A stretch of 64,000 bases of DNA from Euglena gracilis (taxonomy: Eukaryota). Position numbers and translations under genes: made by a program. The stretch's first letter is position 1. Each line of letters starts with the position of its first letter. Where the stretch lies: positions 2,418,001-2,482,000 of the forward strand of contig CP154954.1 in assembly GCA_039621445.1 (NCBI GenBank), written 5' to 3'. The notes under the pieces were generated by a model. The model ran no database searches, was not told where the DNA came from, and worked only from the letters and a program-made list of their open reading frames with translations. Positions 24,101-36,800 of this stretch are shown one piece after another.

Positions 24101-27100
24101 TCGGACCACTCTCCAGGGGGGGGGGGACTCTAGGTGGGTGGGTGGGTGGGGGGCAGGGGTTTTTTTTTAGCCTTGGACCCCCGCCTGTGGGGTCCCAGAG
24201 GGGGGTGGGATACATTTTTTGAAAAGGGTGCTATTTTTTGGCATTTTTCGCGATTTTTTTGGGTTGTGGGTTGGGTCCCGGGACCCCCCCCAGGCCAGGG
24301 GGTGGGGGGGGACCCCCCTCCTCCCAGTCTGAAAAACCCCTAGTGGGGGATTTCCGGTGTTTCAAAAAAAAATCCCTGGCGGGGACTACCCGGTGTTCGG
24401 CCACGACTTTGCCCCGGCTCTGCCCCACGACTGCGGCCAGGTCCCCCGTTTTGCTGCCACCTCGGCCCATCCCCCTCCCGCCGCATGCCTTTTGACAGCC
24501 ACGGGCTTGAATCGGCTGGCAGCCTTTTGTCAGTCAAAATGTGGGCGTGTTCCCCGCCGGGGCTCCTGCCTCGCCCCCGTGTTGGCGTACTGTGGACGGC
24601 CCTGGCTGTCTGTTGGGGGGCCGCATTTGTTTGTGGTGTTCGGATCTGTTCTGTGGCCATTTCCGTTTTTTCGCTTTTGGTTTGGTTGCTCAATCCCCCC
24701 CGGCTGGTTTTTTTGATTTTTTTTTCAAAAATAAATAATTGCGTTTTTTTCTTCCGAAAAGCAGCAAAGAAACTCCAAAAAGCAAAAGGGAAAAATAGCC
24801 AGGGGCCCGGCAACGTGATTGCCGCCGATGGCCGTTTTTCCCCCTGCGTTTTCTTTCACATTTGGAGTCAATTTTTTATGGATCAAACCTCTGGTTGGTG
24901 TGTATCGACAGAAAAGATTATGTATCGGTGTGCTCGGGGGGCTCGACCATAGCTAGTCCAACTTTTGTTTATTTGGATTATCTGCAGTCGAGTGGAATTT
25001 CTAGTGGACCCTCTGTGGGGAGGGGGTCCACTAGCAGGGCTGGCTGGTGGTAATTTTTTTTCCTGGTGACTGACGCAAAGCACCAGAATCAGAGTTTTTT
25101 GACCCCCCAAACACCATTTTCAGCCACTTTCGGGATTTTTCGGGACAAAATCAGCCAAAAACAAATTAAAAAACACCATGGCGCGCAGTGCCAGAGTTTG
25201 GGGGGGGGGGGGCTGAACCCCCCCCAGGGAGGGGGTCTAGATGGTGGCTTTTTCCCAGTGACTTGCTAATAAGGCTAATAGTCTAGCTGGCCAGTAACAT
25301 TTCTGGCAAACCCCCCTGTGGGATATAAGTTGGGGTTTTAAATCAAGGAGTTGTTGGTCAAAACACGACCCACCCAAGAATGACCCCAACACCCCCAAAA
25401 TGGCAGTTTTTGGCAAAATCTGTTTAAAGAATAACGGCTTTTCAATGATGGGCAGTCACATGGAAATTGCAAAAAAAATCAGTTTTGGGGATTTGCGGCC
25501 GAAAAAAAAAAACGTCCAGATGTCTTTCAATTTTCTTCCAAGTCATAAGTCAGGGTTTGCCAGATCTTAACCCGGAGAGTTTATTTGTGGGAGGCTTGTG
25601 GACCTCAAAGTATATCCCACCCCCCACCCCTGGGGAGCTCGGCCGGACCCACCCTTCCCCCCCCCCCCCGGGTCCAAGACAAAAAAAAACCCTGTGCAGG
25701 TCACAGGTAGTTTTTTTCCCACTACCTGACCCTGCTGGTGGACCACTGGGGGGATTCACCGGTAGGATTTCCACTGGCCAGATTTTGAACTGGCCGTAGT
25801 CGAGCGAGCCCCCCCCCCCCCCTCAGGGGCACTGTGAACCCTGAAAACAGAAACCTGACCTCGACGGGGAGGTTGGCCCCAGATCCCCCGGGGGCCTTCC
25901 GAGGTAAACAGAAACCTGGCCCTGGCTCGTTCTTTTTTGCCCAGGGGGAAAGCGTTGAAGGGCCAGGTAAGGCTTGTTTGGGCTGGGAAGAACAAGGCCG
26001 AGCGTAGATATGTAAAACCCGGCGTTTTCCGGGGTTCATTTAATCAGTGTGTATTTCCCCCAAGTTTCTTCACGAAACTGTTTTTTTACTCGGACAGTAT
26101 GTGCTTGGCTTGTCGGGTCTGTTGGTGTACAGGGGCAACAAAAAAGGGTGATGAAAGGTGGCAGGCTTGACCAATTTTCTCCCTTTGTTGTTGTTGTTGT
26201 TGCACCCCCCCCCCCCCGAGAGCAAAAAATCCATCACCGTCCAGGTGCCGTTTGGCGGCTGGACTGGACAGGAAACCAAACTCGTCAATGGACCGAAAGG
26301 GAAAAAATGGCTGGAAACAGGCTTCTGCGTAAGAACCCTGGGTTTTTGGGTCCCCCAGGACCCCCCCCCCGAGGGGCCCCGCAGGGGGTGGGTGGATAGG
26401 TGGGGGGACCCCCCTTCCCCCGGTCTAAAAAAAAACTGTGGACCAGCACAAAGCATGGAACATTTTTTGTCCCCCCAAAACTGTCCAAAAATGCTTGTTT
26501 TTGTCCATTTTTTGATACAATTTTTTGCAACAAAACCAAAGAAGAGTCAAACAAAACCAACAAAACAAAAAAACCATGGAAACCCTCATTTCCACCTAGG
26601 CACGCAACGCCGGAGGAAAAAAATTTCCAGTCGGGGGGATCCCTGGACCATGGATTCACTGACCACCTGTGTGACACCTGTGCGGGTGGGTGGGGTTTTA
26701 AGAGTGGGTGGGTGGGTTGAGGTCCCAGGACCCTCCCCCCCCAGGGGGTGGGGTTCGCCTTGGGTCAGGTTTTTGCCTGGCCAAAGGCCGGGCTGGAAAA
26801 AATTTCCCCGTTTTCAGCCGATTTTGCGGGTTTTTGAGTGGGTGGGTGAGTGGGTGGTTGACCCGGGGGGGGGGGGGGGGGTGGGGGTGAGTTGGTTTTT
26901 GAAAGAAAAGTGGGTGGGTGGGTTTGGGCCCCGAAAAAAAGTGCCCCCGGGGGTTATTAAGTGAATCTATGCCCCAGACACCCCCGGGGGGTCTAGCCAA
27001 TGGCTTTTTTCCAGCGTCTGCAATATGGCTAGCCAGCGGACTCCCCCCCCCAGGCCCTTCAGCAAAAACCTGGTCCGCGCCGAAAGAATTCTTTGCGAAA

Positions 27101-27363
27101 CGCCCTTAGACAGCTCGATTTGGGGGGGGTCCTGAACTCGGGCTGGGTGCGTGGGGGAACTCCATCTCAAAAAGACGCCTTGTCAGGGGTTGGCCAGCTT
27201 ACATTTGTGTCAAAAATCATTATTCCCCATAATTGGCAGTTTCTTGGAACTATTGCAGTTTCCATTTTTTCGGCACCCCATCCATATCTGCAACGCATAT
27301 AAAAAGAGTTTGCCGATACTCACTGGGCAGCCTCCAACTAAAGGGCCCCGCCCGGTGGGGGGA

Positions 27364-27573
27364 GCGGATAGTTGGATCAGGGGGGCGGCAAAAATTTTTT
27401 GCGTTATTGAAGGAATAGGGTTAGGGTTCAGAGTTAGGGTTAGGGTTAGGCCTAATTTATGGATTGGGGTTAGGTGCACAAGTTAGGCCTGAAATCAGGC
27501 CGCAGTTGCGCACCCAACCCTATTCCTTTAATAACGCAAAAAAAAATTGCCGCCCCCTGATCCAACTATCCGC
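27364..27573. mobile_element. Fold-back element with ~58-bp arms enclosing TTAGGG repeats (copy at ~10850-11032)
   Basis: Arms GCGGATAGTTGGATCAGGGGG...TTTGCGTTATTGAAGGAATAGGGTT and AACCCTATTCCTTTAATAACGCAAA...CCCCCTGATCCAACTATCCGC. Inside: TAGGGTTAGGGTTCAGAGTTAGGGTTAGGGTTAGG. Confidence 0.85.
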
Positions 27574-27622
27574 CCCCCCCGGGGGGGGCGGATAGTTGAA
27601 TCAGGGGGCGGCAAAGTTTTTT

Positions 27623-27853
27623 TGAGCTGGGGGTCGTTAAGGAACAACTTGTCAACAGATCAAGACATATTCTTTGCAGCATTTTTTTTTGTGTATTAGT
27701 GAGTGGCAGCCTCCAGCTAAAGGGGATTATCCACCCCCGGGGGGCCGGCCTTTAGCTGGAGGCTGCCACTCACTCATACACACACACACACACAAATGCT
27801 GCAAAGAATATGTCTTGATCTGTTGACAAGTTGTTTCTTAACGACCCCCAGCT
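27623..27853. repeat. Long inverted repeat with ~100-bp arms and a ~25-nt loop (copy 11083-11313)
   Basis: GAGCTGGGGGTCGTTAAGGAACAACTTGTCAACAGATCAAGACATATTCTTTGCAGCAT...GGCAGCCTCCAGCTAAAGG is mirrored by CCTTTAGCTGGAGGCTGCC...CCCCCAGCTC. Confidence 0.92.
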
Positions 27854-30800
27854 CAACGACTGAAAGACTTGGGCTGGCTGGGCTCCCCCTTCCGCCTTTC
27901 AGGCCCTTCTTGCCTGTGCCTTGAAGGGTGGGCAAGAAGTGTATGAAAAGTTTGTTTGGTCTCAGGGAGAAATCTGCTCGCAGTTTTTTTGAAAGCATTT
28001 CGCAGCAGAAATCCAAAAGAAAACACCCAAAACGGCCAACCCCCACATTTTCTTTGCAAGAGATAGCAAAAATTTGTGTTTGTTTCTTTATAAACGATTC
28101 GAGCAATGGCCGGAACTCATTGCGCCTTCATTTTCAAGTTCACAACTGCAAGCAGGGGAGGGTAATCGTTGGAAAGATTTAGAAAATTGTGGGAAATTGC
28201 GGAAATTGTCGGGAGAAACCTGTATTCACGTGTATCTTGGATGCACACTGGGCCGATATCGATACACAAACAAACACACATGCACGCACACGCACACAAA
28301 CACACACATGCAAAAGCCCTGGATTGCAAAGGTCGTGATTTTCTGCAAAGCACAAACATCCAAAATTATGCGACTGGGTGGTTTTGGAAGGTTGGGAGTG
28401 ACGTCCCCCTCCCTCAGTGGTCGGTAATAAATTGCACCATCATGGGCCCCCTGCACCATTCCGTCGTTTGCTTTGGGCAAATGGCCCGAGGTCCGGCTGG
28501 TGCCATTCAGCCCAGGGTCCGGCAACCAGGCAGGTGGCACAGCAAGAGAGCTAGAAGCACCTGTGAAGGCAACAGACACAGGCATCACACACACACACAC
28601 ACACACACACACCTGTGAAATGACTGGGTGACCGGTGTGACTGGGCGCGAACTGCGTCTGAACTCCCCCACTTTAACCCCTCCTCATAAACCCCCAAACC
28701 TTAAACCTTGACTTATTATAACCCCCCGGGAAAAAATGAAAGCCGCGGGGGACGATTTTTTCGGCCGCAAACCACCAAAAACTAATTTCTTCGGCAATTT
28801 TTTGAGACTGACCATCATCAAACATGCCATTTTTAACCAAATTTGCGGAAAATTCGCCAATTCGCCAATTGGGGTCGTTTTGGAGGGTCACCAACAATTC
28901 TTCGACTCCCCCAAACCCCCCATTTACAAACTCCCCCTAGGCCGACCAACCAAACCAGACCTTGTAAACCCCAGGGGGTTTACAAGTGGGGGGGTTAGGA
29001 TTCTGCATGACCATCACAGGTGCTCGAGACATCCCGCACTGCACGCCGCGTTAAACCCCGGGAAGAGGCACAGCCAACCACCTTCGCACATGTGCGGCCG
29101 TTGCGCGGTTTGCATGAAGCGGGCGTCGCCCTGCCGCCATGATTTCTATGCGGCGACGGCTCACATGGCCGACGACGGCCTCTTCCTCCGGCGCCACCCA
29201 CAGCTTTTCTGGCGGGGTAACGTGGACACCCGGCCGGGCGTCCCCGACGGTCAGCAGCCCTCGATTCAGCGCGCGTGTGATTCCAAGTGTGCGACTTCTG
29301 AGGTGAGTGAATTGGTCGAGTCAGTGCCTGCGGGCCATTGTAAGCGGCGAAGTCGCCGTTGGGCAATTTCGACCTGTCCGAGAGTGCTGACATCGAAGAT
29401 GTCGGTTCCTCGGCGTCGCCCGGCGCTCACGCCACAAAATTTCCACCGGGTTTCTTTTAATTCAGAAGACCGCCCCCCCCCCCCGGGTCTTTAAGAAAAA
29501 CCTCCCCCCCCACCAGGCTTCCCCGTACAGCGCTGGTGCAGGGGGGTGGTACTGGGTTGATGTGGGCTCTCCCCCCTCCTGGGTGGATTCGGAGCTCGGA
29601 CTTGATCCTCGGGCAATGTCCGTTTTGGTCGCTCCCCCTAGGCTGGGTCCAGGCAAGTCCCCTGGGTTCGATCTGGACCAACCCCCCACCTGCCCTCCCG
29701 GGAGGGGGGGCAAATTCTCTTGAGATATGCCCTGTTTTGGACCACAAATTGCAGAAGGGCAAGAAATTTCTCCTATTTTTGATTTATTTTGGTCGAAGAT
29801 GAGAGCGTTTTTTTCTCATTGGTTAGCATTTATGGCCAGTTTCCCCCACAGGACTCTGTCCTGGGGGGGTCCTGGGGGGGTCCCGCAAAAATTTTGTAGC
29901 ACAAGATGGGGTTATTTTGAAGACTGGGGGTCTGGGGGGACGGTAGTAGCCCCCCCCCCCGGTAGCGGGCGCCGAAGGCCCCAGGACCTCCCCGGTGGGT
30001 GGGGTTTGTGGGTACGCCCCCCCCCCCCCCCGGTAGGTCCTGGGGGGGTCCTGGGGGGGTCCTGGGGGGGGTCCTCCACATACACAGACAAAATGAGCCA
30101 GAGGCGAACAACAGCGCCAGGCCAGAAGAAGGGATAAAAGGCACCAAAAAGCAGCCACAGTGCACACAGGGGGTCCTGGGGGGGTCCTGGGGGGAAAACT
30201 GGCCATGACTCTTGGTTAGGCAATAAAAGCTGGGTTTGAGTGACTGATTCATCAACCGAGGTCACAAAGAAGGAATCAATGCCTTGTCTTCTGGAGTTCC
30301 AGGCTCAGTTGCCTTCGACACTCATCCCCAGAAAGCACCCTCTTCGAAATCCAGGCACCTGAAATTATGATTAAATGTTAATATAATCTTCTCATGTGCA
30401 TTTTCCCCAAAACGGCCAAGCATGCCATTTTGGGCACTTGTTAGGGCAAAAAGAATGAAAAATGCAAAAAAAGTTTTCAGCTAGAACCGCCAGAAGGAGA
30501 AAACGCTTGAGTGCTGGTTACCCCCCCCCCCCAGGTCGGTCAGGGCCCCCCTTGTCCAGCCAATCAGCAACTTTTTTCCAACCAGCAGCTTTTTTCCAGC
30601 CCCGGCCCCTCCCCCCCTCGCCAACGAGTTTTATTTGTTTCAGCTGGCCCAAAGGGTGGCTGGACAGTAACAGATTTTTCGCTTTCGGGGGGGGGGGGCA
30701 AAAATGGGCCAAACCCGGGCAAAAAAATGTGTCGCAAGAGGGCAATGATATTTTGCATAATTGGCAGTTTTTTGGACGTTTTTTGCAGTTTCGATTTTTT

Positions 30801-33800
30801 GGTGCCTGGTTCAACCTGGTTCCGGCCCAGTTCCAGCCTGGGACCCGGGAGGGGGGGGGGGTCAGCCAGCAACCTTTTTCCAGGCCAGCCCAAGTTTTCC
30901 AGCCTCTGAGATGGACCCCCTTGATCCAAATGATGACCTAAAATGGCAACGGAGTTTGAGATTGCCAAAAATGTCTTTAAATAAAATAGGAAGTGTTTGT
31001 TGTTGCTTCATTTCAGGTTTTGCGCTCCTCCTTTGACCATGAATGCTTGCGGATCGGAGTTCTGTTTCAACCTTTTGGAGGAAATCGATGCGCATGGCAG
31101 TTCAACGCTGATTGGTGGAAATTCAAAACCGGATTTTTGATGGGGGAACAAATGGCCCCAAAAAATATGTTTCCGTTGTTTCCATTTCTGTCAGCCCCCA
31201 AAAGGACTAAAATGGCCAACACCGCGTTAAATGACCTGAACCCCCCCAAATAACCTGGCGGGCCCTTGCTCCTGGCGGGGGCCGAATAACCTGGCAGGGG
31301 GGAGGGGCAAAAAAAGATGGTTCCAGTAACTTGCACCCCCCTTTTAGGCAAATTCCTTTACTGCGCTGAAAAAAAGAGCCCAAATAACCTGGCGGGGGGC
31401 AGGGCCAAAAGTTGGTTCCAACAACCTGGCACCCCGTCAGGGTATTGGGGCGGGAGGGTCACAATGACCTCAAATCGCCCGAAATGATCCGCCCACACGG
31501 GGCCCAAAAGTCATCTTCGGGGTTTTAGGTTTATCTACGGCATTTGGGCCACTTTAGGGAGTGCCGATGCCCGTGGCCCATCCCGTGCGGCGGCAGCTGG
31601 TGGCGCAGTACGCCCGGCACCCGGACTTCGACGTGGCCGACATCTTCGTGGGCAACCACAAGCGGCCTGGCCAGTGCTGCGGGGTTCGCCTCCGCGGGGT
31701 GGGGGTGTCGCGCACAACACCGCAGAGCACACCGCGCAGAAGCAAACTCACTTCGGGCCATAACACCGAAATTCGAATTGGAAGTTCCAGCTGTTTGTTT
31801 GGGCTGTTTGTGGGGGGGTCAAGGCTTGAAGTCAAGGAGTTTTTGGCCCAAATCCAACTCCCCCAAAATGACCCTGAAACCAAATGGGCAATTTTTAGCA
31901 AAGTACAGCATTTTTGATGTTGGTCGGTCACATAAAAATGGCCAGAAATAGTTTGGGGGGGTTTCAACCAAAAAAATTCGTCCCCAGCGGCTTTCATTTT
32001 TCTTCGCTGGGGTTTATGAGTGGGGGGGGGTATGACAGCGGGGGGATTATAACTGAAGAGGCAGTTCCCCCCCCCCCATTTATAAACCTCCCCCCTTCGG
32101 CTGACCAACCAAACCAGATCTCATAAACCCGGGGGGTTTGTGGGTTGGGGGGTTCCGTCGGTCCCCGGAAATTTTGGAATCCTGACCAGGGTGTTGCTAA
32201 AGCCGAATTGGACCCCATCCAATACCACTGGTACTGCTTCCACTGCCGCTCATGGTTTCTCCACCCCTTCGGCATTACACCAACGCTTGGCCCTTGGGGT
32301 GGTTCTCAATCACACAGCTGTTGTCCCCCGTTCCGTTCAAAAGGATGGCCCGCTTTTGGCCATTGTTTGGCACCTCCCGGGAAAAGAATTTGTTCGGCGG
32401 CTGCTGCAAAATAAGTAAAACACGTCAATGGAGGGAGGGGTTGGAAAACGGCTGTTGGCTGGCTGAACGCCCCCCGGATGTTTCCATGATAAGCCCGACA
32501 GAATGACTTTTAAGCCGGAGGGGACCCTGCTGACACGGGGGCCGACAGCCAGCATCTTTTTTTGAACCTCGGGCGAAGGGCGGCCGGGCGGTTATGGATC
32601 TTTGGCTTTCGGCGGTGCAAAACTGGGACGGAAATGCGCAAAAATGGTCGGATTTGAGCTGACCAGGGCAATTTTGGGTCTAAAAAAAATCGATTTCTGT
32701 CTAATTTGGCATTTTGGGGGGTGTTGATTTTTTTGGCGCCCGGTTCGACTCCACGTTGTGCCCAGTTCCAGCTGGGGGACCCTTCTTGACCTGCATCATT
32801 TTTATGATATTTTTTTGTTTTTGCTGTTCTTTTTCTGGTCGCACAGAAGCTTTTTTTTGAGGGTCTTTGTCATGACTCATTCTGTTTCATTTGTGGTTTC
32901 TCCTCGGGGGGCTGAGGGGCCCCGCCAACACCGTCGCCCTTCTGCCCGCCCAGAAGGGCCACCTACGGCCCTCCCTCGGGCTGTACTTCTCCCCCCCCCC
33001 CCCGGAGCCCCTCACGTTCACCGGCCTGTGGCAGCACAACCGCAACCCAACGAGTCATGGCCAATTTCCCCTCCCGGCTGTACCCAGGCCCCCTCCCCCC
33101 CCCCCCAGGACCCCCCAAGGCAGGGTCCTGGGGAGAACTGGCCATGTGTGACTGCAACACAGCGACGTCGTTGGAAACGGCCCAGGTGGGTGCCAGACCA
33201 AGCTGCTTTTTAACTCAGAGTCACCCTGGGCCATGGGAGTGGTGGGTGGGTCCAGGGCTGACCCTCCCCCGGGAGGTTGGTGGTCCCTCGCCCCGGCGTC
33301 TGGGTATGGGTCGAGCCGACGTATTTTGTCGCTTCGTGTCAAAAACTACGAGGAAATGGGTTGCCAGCCAAAAAAAGATTTACATTGGTTTTTTACTGCT
33401 GATTTTTATGAATTTTATGACTTTTTTTGACTTACATCATTTTTATGATTTTTTTTGTTTTTGTTGTTGTTTTTCCGGTCGCCCAGAAAGTGTTCTAAAG
33501 AATTGAGGGTCTTTGTCATGACTCATTCTGTTTCATTTGTGGTTTCTCCTCGGGGGGCTGAGGGGCCCCGCCAACACCGTCGCCCTGCTGCCCGCCCTGA
33601 AGGGCCACCTGCGGCCCTCTCTCAGGCTGTTCCTCCCCCCCCCCCCCCGGAGCCCCTCACGTTCACCGGCCTGTGGCAGCACAACCGCAACCCAACGAGT
33701 CATGGCCAATTTCCCCCCCAGGACTCCCCAAGGACCCCTCCCCCCCCCCCCAGGACCCCCCAAGGCAGGGTCCTGGGGAGAACTGGCCATGTGTGACTGC

Positions 33801-36800
33801 AACACAGCGACGTCGTTGGAAACGGCCCAGTCGGCTCGACCCATACCCAGACGCCGGGGCGCGGGACCACCAACCTCCCGGGGGAGGGTCAGCCCTGGAC
33901 CCACCCACCACTCCCATGGCCCTGGGTGACTCTGAGTTAAAAAGCAGCTTGGTCTGGCACCCACGACGTATTTTGTCGCTTCGTGTCAAAAACTACGAGG
34001 AAATGGGTTGCCAGCCAAAAAAAGTATCACATTGGTTTTTTACTGCTGATTTTTATGAATTTTATGGCTTTTTTGACTTGCATCATTTTTATGATTTTTT
34101 TTGTTTTTTGCTGTTCTTTTTCCGGTCGCACAGAAGTTGTACTAAAGAAACGTTTTTTTTGAGGGTCTTTGTCATGACTCATTCTGTTTCACTTGTGGTT
34201 TCTCCTCGGGGGGCTGAGGGGCCCCGCCAACACCGTCGCCCGGCTGCCCGCCCTGAAGGGCCACCTGCGGCCCTCCCTCAGGCTGTACCTCTCCCCCCCC
34301 CCCGGAGCCCCTCACGTTCACCGTTCTGTGGCAGCACAACCCCCGCCCAGGCCCGGGGAGGGGGGGCGGGCTCCTGTCGCGACCTCCCGCCGTTGGGGAC
34401 CCCAATGAGTCATGGCTAATTTCCCCCCCAGGACTCCCCCACGACCCCTCCCCCCCCTCCCAGGACCCCCCCCAGGACAGGGTCTTGGGGAGCGGGAGTC
34501 CCGGGGGCGCCACACGCCGGTGGACTGCTCTCACCTGCTTTCCGCCCTGCCGGTCCTTCTTCGACAACGCGCTCATCTGCTGCAACACGGCGACCCGCAG
34601 AACCCCGGCCATGGCCTTTTGGGTTGGCGACGAGGAGCGGTGTTAAGTACGTGGGCCCAGGGGATGGTGAGTGTCCAGAGGGTCAAAGGAAGTGACTGAA
34701 TGCATTTGAGACAGCTGAAAAATTCCCCCGCATACTCAGGATGTGGTTTCACAGGTTAATTCATCTAGTTTTCGAAATTTTTTTTGTGAAGAAAAAATAT
34801 TTTTTTTGGCATAATCGTCATTCTTTGCACCCTTCCTGCCAATCTAATTTCTCACACAATTTCCATTTTACTGTTTTTTTGCAAGGGTGGATTTGTCTTC
34901 TCCTATTCGCCTCCCTCCCCCCGGATCGTGGTTGCTGTTTTTTTTTTTTTGAGGACGGACACACACTGGGGGGGAGGGGACTCCATGGGGGGTGTTTTGG
35001 CCAAGCAGTGCCAAAATGTCCAACTTTAGGTGCAAAGTCCGTCATTCCACCGTTCAGGAGGCAGGTGCCCCCCGGACTGAATTTTGAATTTTGGTGAAAT
35101 GCCCCAAACGGCCCGGAATTTGTTTGGGGGGGGGGTCCCAGCCCCCCCTCTTCAGGGGCTCGCGCCGGGCTGGGTGGGTGGGGGGAACACCCCCTCTCTC
35201 TCTTCGTATACATTAATACATATCAAAAACTTTTATTGTATTAAATAGCCCAAGTCCACTGAGAAGGAAGGTCAAACCACCCCCCAAATGTCAGCAACCT
35301 CTCCAAATTTAAGCAGAACCAAAATTCAAGCAACCCCTGAAATTAGGTGAAAAGAAGGGAAAATGCAGGAAAACAGCAGAGTGCCCGACCATGATATACG
35401 GGAAACACGGTGGTTTCGCTGGTGTAATTACCTCCGTTGTCTTTTTGTTGTTGCGGTTCTGAAAGGTTGAAGCCATTTTGGCATTGCGAAAATGTCAAAC
35501 GAATTTTGTTGGTGCTTTATCAATGTTGAACCTGTACCGCCCCCCCCAACACCCGCCCCCCCCCTCCCGCCTGGGGGGCCCTACCTGCCCACAGCCCCCC
35601 CCCCGGCGTTCAAAAGAGCACTTTGGGGAGCCGCTTTAGGTTCCCGAAACGTTGTCGGCATGGTGTGCCGGGACTGCTCCCCAGGTAACCACTTGGTCGA
35701 ACGTGCGCTCACACACGTGCAAAAAAAGCCAGGGCCCTAGAGACCCCCAGGCTGTTTTTTTTTTTTTTTTGTGCACACCCCCTGGAACCCCGCCCACACC
35801 CCCTGCACGACCCTTTTGAATTTTTTTTTTAGAAATTCTGGGCTTTTTTAAAGGGAAACTTTGGTTAAAATTGTCTGTGAGACATTTTTTTTACCATTGT
35901 TGGACCGGCACCGGCAACGGGTTTCTGAAGCAGGAGGTTGCTGGGGGGGGGGGTTGGTCTGAGGCGGACTCTGCCGTGAGGCCCAGCCCGGAGGCCTGGG
36001 GATGGCTTCGGTGCAACGTGGAAACGTTTGGTTTGGAGAATGCCTTTGGATGGCCAGATTTTCGGGGGGCCCCTGGGGGTGCCACGCCGGGGCTGGCTGG
36101 CCGGTCCCCCCCCCCAGCAATTGGCCAAGGGTCATGCGACAATTTCCTGGGCGGGAAGGTTTGACACAACCTGGACAAAAATAATGATGATGGGGAAACA
36201 AAAATAAGGAAAATACATGATGGGGAATCGTCGAGCAGTTGCAAGGCTAAGCCTTCTCAACAACGCCAGAAATAGGGTGCCATTGAACGGGCCTTGTGTG
36301 TGTGCATGTGTGCGTGTGTTTGTGTGGGGGGGTGTCTTTATGTTCACAAACACATGTATCCCATCTGTCAAGTAGAATGTGTTAGTGCATTTGTGTGTGT
36401 TCGTGCAAAACAGTCATTTTTGTTGCCCACAGGCCATCACGGCTGTCCCCCCGAAGGACCAGGGCGGTGGCAAAGGCCGGAGGCGTAGGTTGGGGTTTCC
36501 TCTAGCAACTGTTCATCGTGTCCATGCATTTTGTGTACACTCCATTTCTTTTTAATCTTGATGATAAATATGTTCTGTAAATATCCCACAGCAATGTCGT
36601 CACAAGTTGCTTGTACCTCACTCGATTTATATTCTCTTTTTTTAATTTGCATTTTTTGAAACTTGATGAAAATTTCATTAGCAAACGACAAAGTCAGTCA
36701 AGTTGGAGTTTTTTCGGCTTTTGAAAGAAGACTCTCTTTGCTTTTTCCTTGTCTCGCCTTTCCAAAATACCCCCCCCCCAAAAGTGGGCACCCCCCACCG

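Noticed and set aside
27880-28230. Locally high A/B divergence suggesting hypermutation
   Set aside because: The differences are mostly small indels immediately after long palindromes, where long-read accuracy drops.
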